A stretch of DNA of 48,691 nt, from NCBI RefSeq assembly GCF_006345805.1, contig NW_021835556.1, positions 1 through 48,691 on the forward strand. The letters run 5' to 3'. The position numbers were made by a program, and so were the translations under genes. This document shows, piece after piece, positions 1 through 12,024 of this stretch (position 1 is the stretch's first letter; every line of letters begins with the position of its first letter). The notes beneath the pieces are model-generated. The model was not told the DNA's origin. It saw only the letters and a program-made list of their open reading frames with translations, and did not search any database. Origin of the DNA: Octopus sinensis. Lineage: Eukaryota.

Positions 1-847
1 AGGTCAATAATTGTTACGTATAGTGCTTTGGTCTTAGCAAAACATTATACCTAGTATTTGTTGACTTGTATTGTCTTCCTAAAAAGCAAAACACCAGTTA
101 CACTCATCCGAGTAAAAACCTCAACGCTAACTCAACAACCTCAATCTGATAATGGCTCATCTTTATACAAAATACCATTATTTTTAACACCTGTTTTTCC
201 ATGCTGACATGGATTAGACAGACAGATCATTTTACCCAAGATCTCACCTTCATTGCGTCTTTTTTTCATAGTTCATTATCTTAGATCACCTTTACAGTAC
301 TGTCAACACCTTCCTTGATCTTTCTACAGTTTCCTTCCAGCTTGGATACCCTGGTATCCTCTCCATCATTTCCCAAACCTCTTAACCAATTCTCTTCGTC
401 TGTTACATCATGGGTTATTAAACAGCAAAGTGTTTGCAAATTTTTCTTTTAATTTACTGCAAGCTTATGCAAAATAAAATAAAATATGATTTATGAAATT
501 AAAAATTAAAGAATTACAAACACTACCTAATGTTATGTATCAGTGATGTGTGCTAAAGTCTCTTAGAGAACGTTTAGATATTACAAGAACATTTAGATAT
601 TACAAGAACTAATTTAAGACATAAAAGGGAAGGGAGTTTTTTCTCTTCTCTTTTATGTAACTAAATTGTGTTCATCTAATATTCCTGCAGTTTAATATCT
701 ACAGCTTAAGTATAAAATAATTCTTTCCTATCAAAGAAAACATATCTTAATTTAGCTAGGACGTTCCATGGAATCGACAAACCTCAGTTTCTAATCTAGA
801 ACTGGTACAACTTCTAAAACCTTTATCCCTGAGCACTGTACACAATG

Positions 848-862
848 TTTTTATTATTATTA

Positions 863-910
<48 letters not shown>

Positions 911-917
911 TTATTAA
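848..917. repeat. (TTA)n microsatellite
   Basis: Direct reading. Confidence 0.95.
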
Positions 918-1084
918 ATTCTTTTACATTTAACAAAAAAATTATTTGAGAGTGTTGCAATGTCTGGTGTGACATTACAATTGATGGGGATGAGAATGTT
1001 TCCTCTTAGAGACTCAATCAGGAATCCCTATTTTCTCAATAAAACTGTCATTGTTACAATGTATCATCTTTTTTTGTCTGCCAC

Positions 1085-1240
1085 TACATTCTGAGTTCAA
1101 ATTCTGCCAAAGTTGACTTTGCCTTTCATCCTTTCAGGGTCAGTTAAATAAGTACCGGTCAAACACTTGGGGTCAATGTAATTGACTTAATCCCTTCTCC
1201 CAAATTCGAGGCCTTGTGCTTCCAGTAGAAAGAATTATAA
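1085..1240 (+). mobile_element. SINE fragment (tRNA B-box-like GAGTTCAAATT followed by GCCTTTCATCCTTTC core); shorter decayed copies at ~1335-1410 and ~1470-1525
   Basis: Three local copies share TTCTGAGTTCAAAT and two share CTTTGCCTTTCATCC. Confidence 0.6.
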
Positions 1241-1908
1241 CATATTATCTTCTTTGATATTTGCTTATATTCGTTCTTCTTCAACACAACACTTTGGTAA
1301 AGTTGTCAGAACATCAGATAAAAATGCCTGGTGGTGTTTGATCCAACTTTCTACCATCTGAGTTCAAATCCCATCATAATCAGCTTTGCCTTTCATCCAT
1401 TCAGTGCCAATAAAAAACTTACCAAATCAAGATGCTTCCTTAATCAAACTATAAGAATATCAGATAGGGTGCATAGTAGTAGTATTTGTCCCAGCAGTTT
1501 GCATTCTGAGTTCAAATCCTGCCATGACCTCCTCCTGTGGTCTAAGGCTTCCACCCACAACCTTTGGCGTTCTTAGCAATGTTCACTCTGTTGCAGGCAT
1601 TCAAGCCATATTTCTAACCTGAGGATACATCCCTTCCTCCCACTCGTCTCAGAGATCCTGTAAAGCAGTGGTTTTCATCTTATATGGAGCCCAAATGTCC
1701 ATATAAGATTCTGCAGGGTCCACACAAGCAAAGTAGTAAATTGGGGACCCACAGGAGTATTTTAAGGGTACATGAAGAATTTTGCTTTCAATGGATTTAT
1801 TGCTAGATTTCTTTCTCTAATGTTTTACAGAGTTCACCATGTCTTCAGCCACTGAAACATGTTCACTCAGGGGATGCTACTGCAAACCTACACAAGTGTA
1901 CAACAACT

Positions 1909-2080
1909 ATGTTTCGGCTGATATACCCTCCAACTTCTTCAGGTGTCTTGGGGAAATTTCGAACCTGAGCTCTCATTTCTAAGGTATTTTTTGATGTTGT
2001 TGTTGTTATTATTATTCAGGTTACCACTTAGAATCGAATTCGGAATCTTGGGGTTAGTAGCTCACACTCTTAACCATATG
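1909..2080 (-). mobile_element. tRNA-headed SINE with HHR-like 3' module, left arm of a fold-back dimer (3'-truncated)
   Basis: Reverse complement of 2089-2270. Minus strand reads GACAC-CTGAAGA-AGTTGGAGGGTATATCAGCC-GAAACAT. Confidence 0.8.
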
Positions 2081-2088
2081 CCCGTGGA

Positions 2089-2355
2089 CATATGGCATAG
2101 TGGTTAAGAGCACGGGCTACTAACCCCAAGATTCCGAGTTCAATTCCAAGCAGTGACCTGAACAATAATAATAATAATGATAACCAAAAAATACCTTAGG
2201 AATGAGAACCCAGGCTTGAAATTTCCCCAAGACACCTAATGAAGGCTGGAAGGTATATCAGCCGAAACATTGTGTTAACAACAAACAAGATGAGGACAAA
2301 TATCTGTCAAATGTAAATAATGTAAATAATTCCTTGTCTCTTAAATATAGAACTG
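2089..2355 (+). mobile_element. tRNA-headed SINE with HHR-like 3' module, right arm of the fold-back dimer
   Basis: A-box TGGCATAGTGG, B-box GAGTTCAATTCC, (AAT)n spacer, then GACAC-CTAATGA-AGGCTG...CAGCC-GAAACATT-GTGTT. Homologous copy at 24477-24765. Confidence 0.8.
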
Positions 2356-2361
2356 GAACAA

Positions 2362-2670
2362 CAACAACGTCCTCGTTGTCATTTAACATCCACTCTCTAT
2401 GTAGGCATGCGTTAGACAGTTTAACTGCAGCTGATAAGCCAGAGAACCGCACCAGGTTTTAGTGTGTTTTAGCATGCTTTCTATGGCTGGGTGCCCTTCC
2501 TAATGCCAACCACTCCAGGAGTGTAATGGGACCTTTTACGTGCCATTTACATGACACTAGTAACAACTGCAACTATGATTCACAAGGGCCATTTAGATGG
2601 CACCAGCAACCACCACAGCTACAATGTATGGATGCCTTTTACATGGCAACAATCATGGCTATGATTCATG
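2362..2670 (-). mobile_element. SINE/non-autonomous retroelement with RTE-like 3' tail ('family C'), decayed
   Basis: Shares CCCTTCCTAATGCCAACCACTCC and the tail with copies at 14110, 19720, 30250, 37365 and 37525. Confidence 0.65.
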
Positions 2671-3020
2671 GGTGCCAGACAATATAGGGATTTTGAAAGA
2701 AGTATCTACAAAACTAGTTTTTTAACATCGAATGGCTTTGGGGTCCACCAAAACCAAATAGTAACCAAACAGTCCCATATTTAAGGGAAAAAAAATGGTT
2801 GAGAAACACTGCTGTAAAGGGTGAAGGGGAACTGCTTAACCAAATGGTACAAAATATACCGGATCTTTCAAATGAACTTACGAAACTTCAGTTTGTCATC
2901 TTGAGCTGATCTAATTTACACAATAATCACTCTATAAATTAATTTCATTACATTTAATGAACAATTTGATTTTATAGCAATGTCTGGTAAAATATTTAAT
3001 GATTTCACTTAGACTTTATA

Positions 3021-3443
3021 GACGTAGGAGTGGCAGTGTGGTAAGTAGCTTGCCTACCAACCACATGGTTCCGGGTTCAGTTCCACTGCATGGCACCTGG
3101 GGCAAGTGTTTTCTACTATAGCCTCGGGCCGACCAAAGCCTTGTGAGTGGATTTGGTAGACGGAAATTGAAAGAAGCCCGTCGTATATATGTATATGTAT
3201 ATATATATGTGTGCGTGTGTGTTTGTGTGTCTGTGTTTGTCCCCCTAGCATTGCTTGACAACCGATGCTGGTGTGTTTATGTCCCCCGTTACTTAGCGGT
3301 TCGGCAAAAAGAGACCGATAGAATAAGTACTGGGCTTACAAAAAAAGAATAAGTCCTGGGGTCGAGTTGCTCGATTAAAGGCGGTGCTCCAGCATGGCCG
3401 CAGTCAAATGACTGAAACAAGTAAAAAGAGAAAAAAAGAGAAA
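3021..3443 (+). mobile_element. Dominant tRNA-headed SINE ('family A'), full length
   Basis: Head GGAGTGGCAGTGTGG...GGTTCAGTTCC, central (TA)n(TG)n, 3' end CAGTCAAATGACTGAAACAAGTAAAA(GA). About 20 full or partial copies in the window. Confidence 0.9.
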
Positions 3444-3479
3444 GCAACTCAATCAGAGATCATTGTTTTTGCTTTTTGT

Positions 3480-3935
3480 TGGGTTATTCTCTTTTTTTTC
3501 TTTTTGTAAAAAACCCATCAACCCATACTTCATCATCTTCCTTTAATCTTTAGCTACATTGTAAATCCGGAACTTTCCTTTGTCATTTTAATCTTCCAAC
3601 ATTATTCTTCATGTTCACAATATTGTCTTTTATGTATTTTCTTTCATTCTGATTATATTTCTGTTTTCCATGTGTGACATACCATTTCACTTGTCCAAAC
3701 CATTGTCTCTATGCCTGTATTACTCATCAATAATTCCTTGCTACACAATTCTCATTTTTGCATAATATATTACAAATATCCTGCTTTGACATTAGCTTCT
3801 CAGCTATCCAAGAACTTCTGTAAAATATGACAAAACTGGTCTCAGAAGTATCTGACTTGGTGGAATCTAACCTCACCTTTAAAATGCCAACTGTTTCACT
3901 TTGCTTAATTTTGTTTAATTCTTCCAATTCTTTGC
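3480..3935 (-). pseudogene. Possible decayed LINE ORF2 C-terminal fragment
   Basis: Minus-strand translation EELNKIKQSETVGILK...NILCKNENCVAR...WFGQVK loosely resembles post-RT regions of mollusc LINEs. Many stops; recognition from memory only. Confidence 0.3.
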
Positions 3936-3941
3936 TTAATT

Positions 3942-4364
3942 CTCTTTTACTCTTTTACTCTTTTACTTGTTTCAGTCATTTGACTGTGGCCATGCTGGAG
4001 CACCGCCTTTTTTTTTTTAATCGAGCAACTCGACCCCGGACTTATTCTTTTGTAAGCCCAGTACTTATTCTATCGGTCTCTTTTGCCGAACCACTAAGTA
4101 ACGGGGACATAAACACACCAGCATCGGTTGTCAAGCATGCTAGGGGGACAACACAGACACACACAAACACACACACACGCATATAATATATATACATATA
4201 TACGATAGGCTTCTTTCGTTTCCGCCTACCAAATCCACTCACAAGGCTTTGGTCGGCCCGGGCTATAGTAGAAGACACTTGCCCAAGGTGCCACGCAGTG
4301 GGACTCATCCCGGAACCATGTGGTTGGTAGACAAGCTACTTACCACACAGCCACTCCTGCGCCT
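3942..4364 (-). mobile_element. Family A SINE, full length
   Basis: Reverse complement of the 3021-3443 element. Confidence 0.9.
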
Positions 4365-4933
4365 TCAAATATTTGAATGAAAATTAGAAATGGTTTCAAT
4401 ATTCCATATACTTTCATTTAGCAGATCGTTATAATTAATTTGCTCCTCTTTGAAAATGGTAAAATTGGTGGGGCATCATATAAGAATTCTATGTGGTATA
4501 TTGTTGTGTCTTCTTTCTGTTCTGAGATCAAATCAAACCAAGGTCACATTTACCTGACATTCTTTCAGGGCCAATAAAATAAACAACAGAAAAGAATTAC
4601 TTCTGATTAAACCAACAACATATCTCTCCAAAATTTGTGGCCTAAGTTTCTCAAGTTAGGAAGTGTGATTTTTTTAATCATCTTTGCTTATTTTTGTTGT
4701 CACTTTTTTGATTTTTCTTTTCAATATTTTCTATCAGTCTTGTTGGCTTTCTGCTTGATTTGGCATTGGTCTAACACACCAGAAATCACTTTTCTAACCC
4801 ACACCTTTTCTCTCCTGGTTTTTATGTTATTTTTTTAATATTTTTATTGAGTCAGTTATTTAGTAACTGAGACAAGAAGATGAACCAGACAAGCAGGGTT
4901 GCGTTATCTTCTGTAATAAGTGCGTGCATGTGT

Positions 4934-4977
<44 letters not shown>

Positions 4978-5656
4978 GTGTGTTTTCTTTTCTGACCTAT
5001 TTTTTTATTGTGTAATTCCATAGCAGAACTAACAAAAAGGGTCATGAGTTCAACCCTTTTTAGGAACAAAAACTACGTGACAACATTTCCTGTTGTGTAA
5101 AGAGTCCAACAGTTAAAAACTAATACACCTAGCAAGTTCCTTAACTTGATAGATTATTGTTTTCCACTCGGATATAAATATAGAAAGATATTAAATAAGA
5201 ACAGAGCTAACATTACTTGTCCAGCTAGAAAGAGTTTCCCTTGTTATATCAGGGACTATAATACAACAACGTAAGGTGTACTAGCCATCTGAATGTGGCT
5301 AGCCACTGGGGGTGGGGTGTTACTGATGCTTTTAGCCCCAGGCGATCAATGTCACCAGATGGACTTTAGACACAACATTTCAGTGCCCTTGTGTTATTTG
5401 CAAAGGGAGGTCATCCTCCCTCGAAAACCTAAGTGCTATATACGGACTATAGTTTCAAGGTTTTTGCCTCTCGTCGACGCATTTATTAAATATCAGTTTT
5501 TATCTTTTATTTTTTTTCAATGTTTTCATTTTTGCTAGTAAGGGTGGGTGTACTAGTATATAGATAAACCGAAGAAAATAGTAAGAGAAATCTGAACAAG
5601 ATTAAGACGAAATAAAAGAGAGAATAAAAAAAAAATAAACTGATGCAGACATTTGG

Positions 5657-5724
5657 CGTACACACACATATCCATATACATAAATACATACATACATACA
5701 TACATACATACATAAATACATACA

Positions 5725-5758
<34 letters not shown>

Positions 5759-5760
5759 CA

Positions 5761-5794
<34 letters not shown>

Positions 5795-5815
5795 CATACA
5801 TAAATACATACATAA

Positions 5816-5846
<31 letters not shown>

Positions 5847-5895
5847 CATACATACATAAATACATACATACATACATACATACATACATACATAA

Positions 5896-5926
<31 letters not shown>

Positions 5927-6131
5927 CATACATACACACATACATACATGCATACTTACATACATATAAACATACATACATACATACATACATACATGCA
6001 TATAAACATACACACATACATACATACATACGTACATACATACATACATATACACACACATACATACATACATACATACATACACACACATACATACATA
6101 CATACTAACATACATACATACATACATACAT

Positions 6132-6172
<41 letters not shown>

Positions 6173-6245
6173 TACATACACACACACACACACATACATA
6201 CATACATACATACATACATACATACATACATACACACACACATAT
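5657..6245. repeat. (ATAC)n/(AC)n compound microsatellite, ~590 bp
   Basis: Direct reading; source of the MYVC/HTYI ORFs. Confidence 0.95.
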
Positions 6246-6339
6246 ATACATATAATGTCATACACAATGAAAAAGATCTTCAAATTTTTATGGATAGAAT
6301 CTCATTGGTATGTAACATGCCGGAACACACAATAAATCT

Positions 6340-6990
6340 TCATAAGAATGCTTCTTTATCAGCCTCGTCCAGTAAAGTTTTATGCATATCCTAAATTAAT
6401 ACTATTTGGTAGAACTCTGAAAAATATATCTTCCTCCAAATATCTTGGCAGAATATTAAACAGGGGTACATATCTTGATGGTAAAATTTGCAAACAGAAT
6501 TCAGAAATCATGGATATCTTTTGCAAAATTACAATCTTTGGTTTTGACCTCGATGATATATAAAAAAATTCTACTAAATATCTATTTTCAGAACATGTAT
6601 TTCAACCATTTTGTTATCTGGCAGTGAAACATGGAGCTGATATATTCAGGGATACATTAATCAGTTGGAGTGTTTTGCCGTAAAAGCATCTTTGACAAAT
6701 GTTGCATTATATCTTCGAGAGACTGCGAGAGTGATGCTGAAGTCATTTAGACAGGGAATGTCGTAAATATAGAATTTCTCTTGCTATGTAGCGGACTGAG
6801 ATGCAAACACCAAATGATTTGTGTGGGAGATGGAAGAATTCCAAAGCACTTGTTTTACAGAAAACAGTTTTCTGCAAAAAGATCCTCCACACAACCAAAG
6901 CTGAGGTATACAAAGACAGCCTTAAATCCAATATAAAAAAAGAGTGATATTTCTATGGAAAAATAAGAAGTGCAATTGATAGGGTATCGT
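6340..6990 (+). pseudogene. Decayed RTE-clade LINE, 3' part of the reverse transcriptase ORF
   Basis: Across frameshifts: KNISSSKYLGRIL, TILLSGSETW, DGRIPKAL, PKLR-YKDSLKS. These match RTE motifs (F.YLGS, LLYGSETW, D.RIPK.L, RP..RYKD.LK). Confidence 0.8.
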
Positions 6991-7119
6991 GTACCTCTAC
7001 AGGTAAGTAAGGTGAATAGCTCAGTGGTTTGGTTATTCAGCTCTTGATCTTAAGGTCATGTGGAGAGCAAGGATACAATTAACAGATCAGTTCACTGTTA
7101 TGATCTTTTTCCCTGTTCT

Positions 7120-8323
7120 CCAAGAAAAACCCCATTTCTTAAGAAATGTCATGTTGAAGCTCATTTGGCTTTTGCCAAAAAAACATCTAAATGAACTGAC
7201 AACATATTGTGAAATCAGTTTGGTCTGACAAAACTAAGATTCAGCATTTTGGCAGAAATTTGATCAGCAAAGTTTGGAGAAAGATTGGCACGGAATATGC
7301 ACCAAAGAATACTCTCCCAACAGTCAAATCTGAAGGTGGATCAGTAATGGTATAGGCTTATTTTTGTTTATCATGTGTTGGAAGAATGGAAGTAATCAAA
7401 GGAACAATGGATGGTAAAAATATAGGGGCATTTTAGAGAGATGTTTAACACCTAGCATTCGCTCTCTGAACTTGGAACAAGGATGGAACTTTCAACAGGA
7501 TAAAGATTCAGAGCAGACAGCAAAGTTGAACAAGAATTGACTGAAAACAAATGGGATTAATGCTCTGGAATGGTCAAGTCAATCTCCAGACCTTAATCCA
7601 ATCAAAAATTTGCGGAAAGAATTGAAAGAAACGCGTGTAACTTAAAAGAATTCAAAAGAATTCTTGTAGAAAATGGGAGAAAGTAAGCCCTACCACACAT
7701 AAAAAGTAAAGGGTAAAGACCCCCTTCGGTCATGAATGACCATGGGATTGCACCTAGAAAGTTACCCTCCTAGACACAAGTCCGGGCGAGGTTGTTTATG
7801 GAAGACCAGCAGTCGCCCATGCATACCAGCCTCCCCTCTCCACACCACCAGTGTTATCCAAGGGAAAGACAAAGGTCGATACAGCTTGGCACCAGTGACG
7901 TCGCAACTCATTTCTACAGCTGAGTGAACTGGAGCAACGTGAAATAAAGTGCCTTGCTCGAGAACACAACACACAGCCCGGTCCGGGATTCGAGCTCACA
8001 ACCTCACGATCGTAAGCTCGACGCTCTAACCACTGAGCCATAGGAGACTATTCAAAGAGCCTGCAAGCTCTCATCATCAACAAGGTTTATTCAACTAAAT
8101 ATTGATTTGATTTGATTGTAGAAATGTGTTGTTAACTTTTGCATTTGGAATTTCAACTTTTTTCCATATAAAACTCTTTCCATTCCTCATTATGCAATTC
8201 TGATTCTTGCAATGAATTTATTACAAAAATCTTCATAAATGGTGGAATCTTCATTAACCTGCGTTAACTCACTATATGTAAACTTAGATTTTTGACTGTG
8301 TTGTAAACTTTTGCAAGTTACTG
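7120..8323 (+). mobile_element. Decayed Tc1 (DD34E) transposon, 3' portion with right terminal inverted repeat, interrupted by a SINE
   Basis: Translation PRKTPFLKK...WSDKTK...PTVKSEGGSVMV...FQQDKDS-(34 aa)-SPDLNPI[K] with the catalytic E mutated to K. C-terminus LQALIINKVYSTKY* resumes after the SINE. Right end reads CAGTAACTTGCAAAAGTTTAC on the minus strand (8323). Confidence 0.9.
7702..8042 (-). mobile_element. tRNA-derived SINE ('family B'), full length
   Basis: A-box TGGCTCAGTGG, B-box-like GAGCTCGAATCC, tRNA-like head; a 3' fragment of the same family lies at 14666-14770. Confidence 0.85.
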
Positions 8324-8331
8324 TGTATGTA

Positions 8332-8365
<34 letters not shown>

Positions 8366-8681
8366 CATACATACATACATACATACATACCTTACACTCT
8401 ATACACACCTAACGTTCTTAGGTATATATATATATATACATACATACCTTACCTATAATATATATATATATACATACATACATACATAACATACATACTA
8501 TTATATATATATATACATACATAATACATACATACATACATATATATATATACATACATACATACATACATACATACTATATATATATATATACATACAT
8601 ACATATAATATATATATTATATAATATATATTATATATACATACATACATCCCTTACACTCTATACACACCTAACATTCTA

Positions 8682-8723
<42 letters not shown>

Positions 8724-8730
8724 TAAACAG
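8324..8730. repeat. (TA)n/(TACA)n compound repeat containing two copies of CTTACACTCTATACACACCTAAC
   Basis: Direct reading (~8390 and ~8654). Confidence 0.85.
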
Positions 8731-8941
8731 ATACGCACACCTGCACACATCTACTTAAAATATCCACAGTTTGTAGAGACCAAAGTCTCATTCTTCATCC
8801 TCTTTCATCTCCGTTATATTCTTCTTTTTTTCTATCTCTGAGAGGATTTCATCATTCTAATGGAGACTGCAACCCACCCACCCACCTTCTTTCTTCCTTT
8901 GTGTGTGTGTGTGTTTGTGTGTTTGTGTTCATATATATATC

Positions 8942-8981
<40 letters not shown>

Positions 8982-9305
8982 CATACACATATATATATAT
9001 ACACATATAAACATGTATGTATCCAGTAAAGTTTCAACGATAGAGTTATTGTTATCTTGTTACAGATTCAATTTTTGTTTCCTTCGAATCTCCTCCGTTT
9101 TTTTCCCCTCAATGGACCGTAACATTTCAAACTTATTAATTCTCATCAATAAATCCTAAAAAGATTTACTTTTCATTTTAAGATTTATAATATTAAAGAC
9201 TTAAAATAGTATTTGTTATTTTTTTTTTTTCTTTTGTTTTCATTTTTGTTTATTTTTTTTGGTTTTCACTTTTGTGTATTAACTTTGAATGAAAGTAAAG
9301 ATTAC

Positions 9306-9802
9306 ACTGTGTGTGAGTGTGTGTGTGTGTGTGAGTGTGTGTGTGGTGTGAGTGGTGTGTGTGTGTGTGTGAGTATGTGTGTGTGTGTGTGTGTGTGAGT
9401 GTGTGTGTGTGTGAGTGTGTGTTGAGTGGTTGTGTGTGGAGTGTGTGTGTGAGTATGTGTGTGAGTGTGTGTGTGTGTGTGTGAGTGTGTGTGTGAGTGT
9501 GTGTCTGAGTGTGTGCTGGTGAGTGTGTGTGGTGTGTGTGTGTGTGTTGAGTGTGTGTCTGGTGTGTGTGTGGTGTGAGGTGTGTGTGTGTGTGAGTGGT
9601 GTGTGTCTGAGTGTGTGTGTGTGTGAGTGGTGTGTGTGTGAGTGGTGTCTGAGTGTGTGTGTGTGTGTGAGTGTGTGTGTGTGTGTGTGAGTGTGTGTGT
9701 GTGTGAGTGTGTGTCTGAGTGTGTGTGTGTGTGTGAGTGTGTTGTGTGAGTATGTGTGTGTGTGTGAGTGTGTGTGTGTGTGTGAGTGTGTGTGTGTGTG
9801 TG
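9306..9802. repeat. (GT)n microsatellite with GA interruptions, ~500 bp
   Basis: Direct reading. Confidence 0.95.
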
Positions 9803-10162
9803 AATTTATGTAGTCTTATATTCTTTAATCAAAAGTATTTTACCAGTTCTAATCATCGGACTGTGACCAGACTGGAGCACTGCCTTCAAAAGATTTAGTT
9901 GCTCATATAAATATACCTCAGCAGTTATTTCAGCTTGGTATTCATTTGATTGATCACTACTTGCCAAAGTGCTAAGTCATAGGATATGAAGAGATGACCA
10001 TTAGCCCCCATTTGGTAAGTTCATTTGTGAGTTTCTTATGACCTGGTGACTTGTACCATGCTTTCGCTAATTGCTTTAAGGCCTGTGTAGTCATGAGCAG
10101 ACACAAACACCAGCTCAGGCTTCTCTCCTTGGACCCAACAGATGATCGAGAATACAACAGGT

Positions 10163-10510
10163 GGGGAGACGGGGTAGGGAGGGAGAGGGGTAATGAGGGA
10201 GAGAGATAAGGAGAGGGCAAGGGAGGGGAGGCATGGGGAGAGGGAAGGAGGGGAGGGAGGAAGAGAGAAGTTAGAGGGGGGAAGGAAGGGAGATGGAGGG
10301 AGAGAAGGAGAGAGAAGGGATGAAAAAGAGGAGAGAGAGAAGAAGGGATGAAAAAGAGGAGAGAGAAAGAGACACTGGGAGATAGGAAGGGAGGGAGGGA
10401 GAGGGAGGAGAGAGGAGGAGTGATAGGAAGGGGAGGAAGAGAGAGAAAGCAAGAGAGAATAAGGGATGGCAAGAGAGGGAGAGAGGAATGGAGGGAGAGA
10501 GAGAGAGAGG
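10163..10510. repeat. Polypurine (GA-rich) low-complexity tract
   Basis: Direct reading. Confidence 0.9.
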
Positions 10511-11460
10511 GAGTGAAGAGCTACACCTGTTGTTCGTTGTTGCTCGCAACTGAAAAGACAGGGTCAATGTGAAGTGAAGTACCTGGCTCAAAGGCACAGC
10601 ATGCTGCTTGGGCCCAGGCAACATGCAGATAAAACTGATGAGTCTGAGCTGAACCGCCCGAACCACTTGGCCATGTGTGCATCAGATATTAAAAAAACTG
10701 TGACTGGACAAAAGAAGAACCGAGAGAGGCCGTTTCCAATAGCGATACTTCATGTCATGTGACCAAGATGAAAAGTTTCAGTGATGCAAAAGGTAACCCA
10801 GAGATGAGACAAAACAAAATGCAATTTTGTTTGCCATCATTCTATGTGTGCCTTTATGGGATGTCATGGATGGAGTAGCATTTTTTTTGATGTTTTACAT
10901 TAAATAATAATGAGAAAAGCATAGAAAGCTTTCCAGGGGAAATATATATATATATATGTGTGTATATATATATACACACAAATATACATACAGAGGGTGA
11001 AAGAAAGAGATAGGAAAACACAGGTAGGTTGATATAGATAGATATATAGATACATAGACAAACTAATGCTAGGAGGCATACATATATACATACATACCAT
11101 AATACATTATATATATATATCTATATATATATATATATAGATATATATATATACATGCATGGACACACATGAACATACACATGTATATGCACGGAAACAA
11201 ATATGCATATATATATATATATATATGCATATATGTGTATATATACACATATATATATATGATGATGATGATGATATATATATATATATGCATATATGTG
11301 TGTGTGTAGACAAAAATACACACACACACATGTATACATGCACTGAAACAGATACACACACACACACACAATACCACACACACACACACACATACTCATA
11401 TTTATACACACACACACACACATACTCATATTTACACCTACATGCATAAGTATGCTTATG

Positions 11461-11592
11461 TGGCTTCCTTCAGTTTCCCTTTCACAAGGATTTGGTCAGC
11501 CTGACGCTATAGTAGAAGACACCTGCCACACGATAGGACTGAACCTGGAACCATGTATTTAAGAAGCAAGCTCGTTACCACACAGCTACGCC
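11461..11592 (-). mobile_element. Family A SINE, decayed 5' half
   Basis: Contains CTATAGTAGAAGACAC...CTGAACCTGGAACCATG...TTACCACACAGC. Confidence 0.7.
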
Positions 11593-11963
11593 TGGTCATT
11601 TAATATTATATCACTTTATATAAGAATTTCTGTGAAGGATTTCTGAGATTTGGACATTGATGTTGATGGCTTTAATTCTCTTTTCTCACCAAATTTTGAC
11701 ATGAACCACAAATATATATGAATGACCTTTGTTAATTGTGACCTTTTACCAAAATTTTGATGAAGTTCTATGCAGAATATTCAGTAGCTGGGCCATGCTT
11801 GACCATGCCCTTTGGAACGACGATTTAATAAGAAATTCAATACCCAAGGAATAAATGATTGCAATGGAAGGAAATACCATTCTTTTATAGGTATCTATTT
11901 CCCAACCTAAATCCCTATCTATGTATCTATCTTTCTATGCCTCTATATATCTACCTAACAATA

Positions 11964-12024
<61 letters not shown>

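Larger units (their letters stand above)
1666..2811. mobile_element. Non-autonomous hAT (Charlie-like) DNA transposon/MITE with nested SINEs
   Basis: Left end CAGTGGTTTTCA (1666); right end reads CAGTGTTTCTCAACC on the minus strand (ends 2811). Identical 8-bp flanking duplication CTGTAAAG at 1658-1665 and 2812-2819. Confidence 0.8.

Noticed and set aside
240-420. Minus-strand stretch vaguely like an RTE 3' end
   Set aside because: Too degenerate to support a call.
5280-5430. Short hairpins CTAGCCA..TGGCTAG and GGGAGG-TCAT-CCTCCC-TCGAAA
   Set aside because: Could be a Helitron end or an HHR stem II remnant, but no CUGANGA or other terminus supports either.
7960-8042. tRNA-like sequences (also 2089-2150 and 21431-21500)
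   Set aside because: These are SINE heads that continue into SINE bodies and lack a complete acceptor stem; not tRNA genes.
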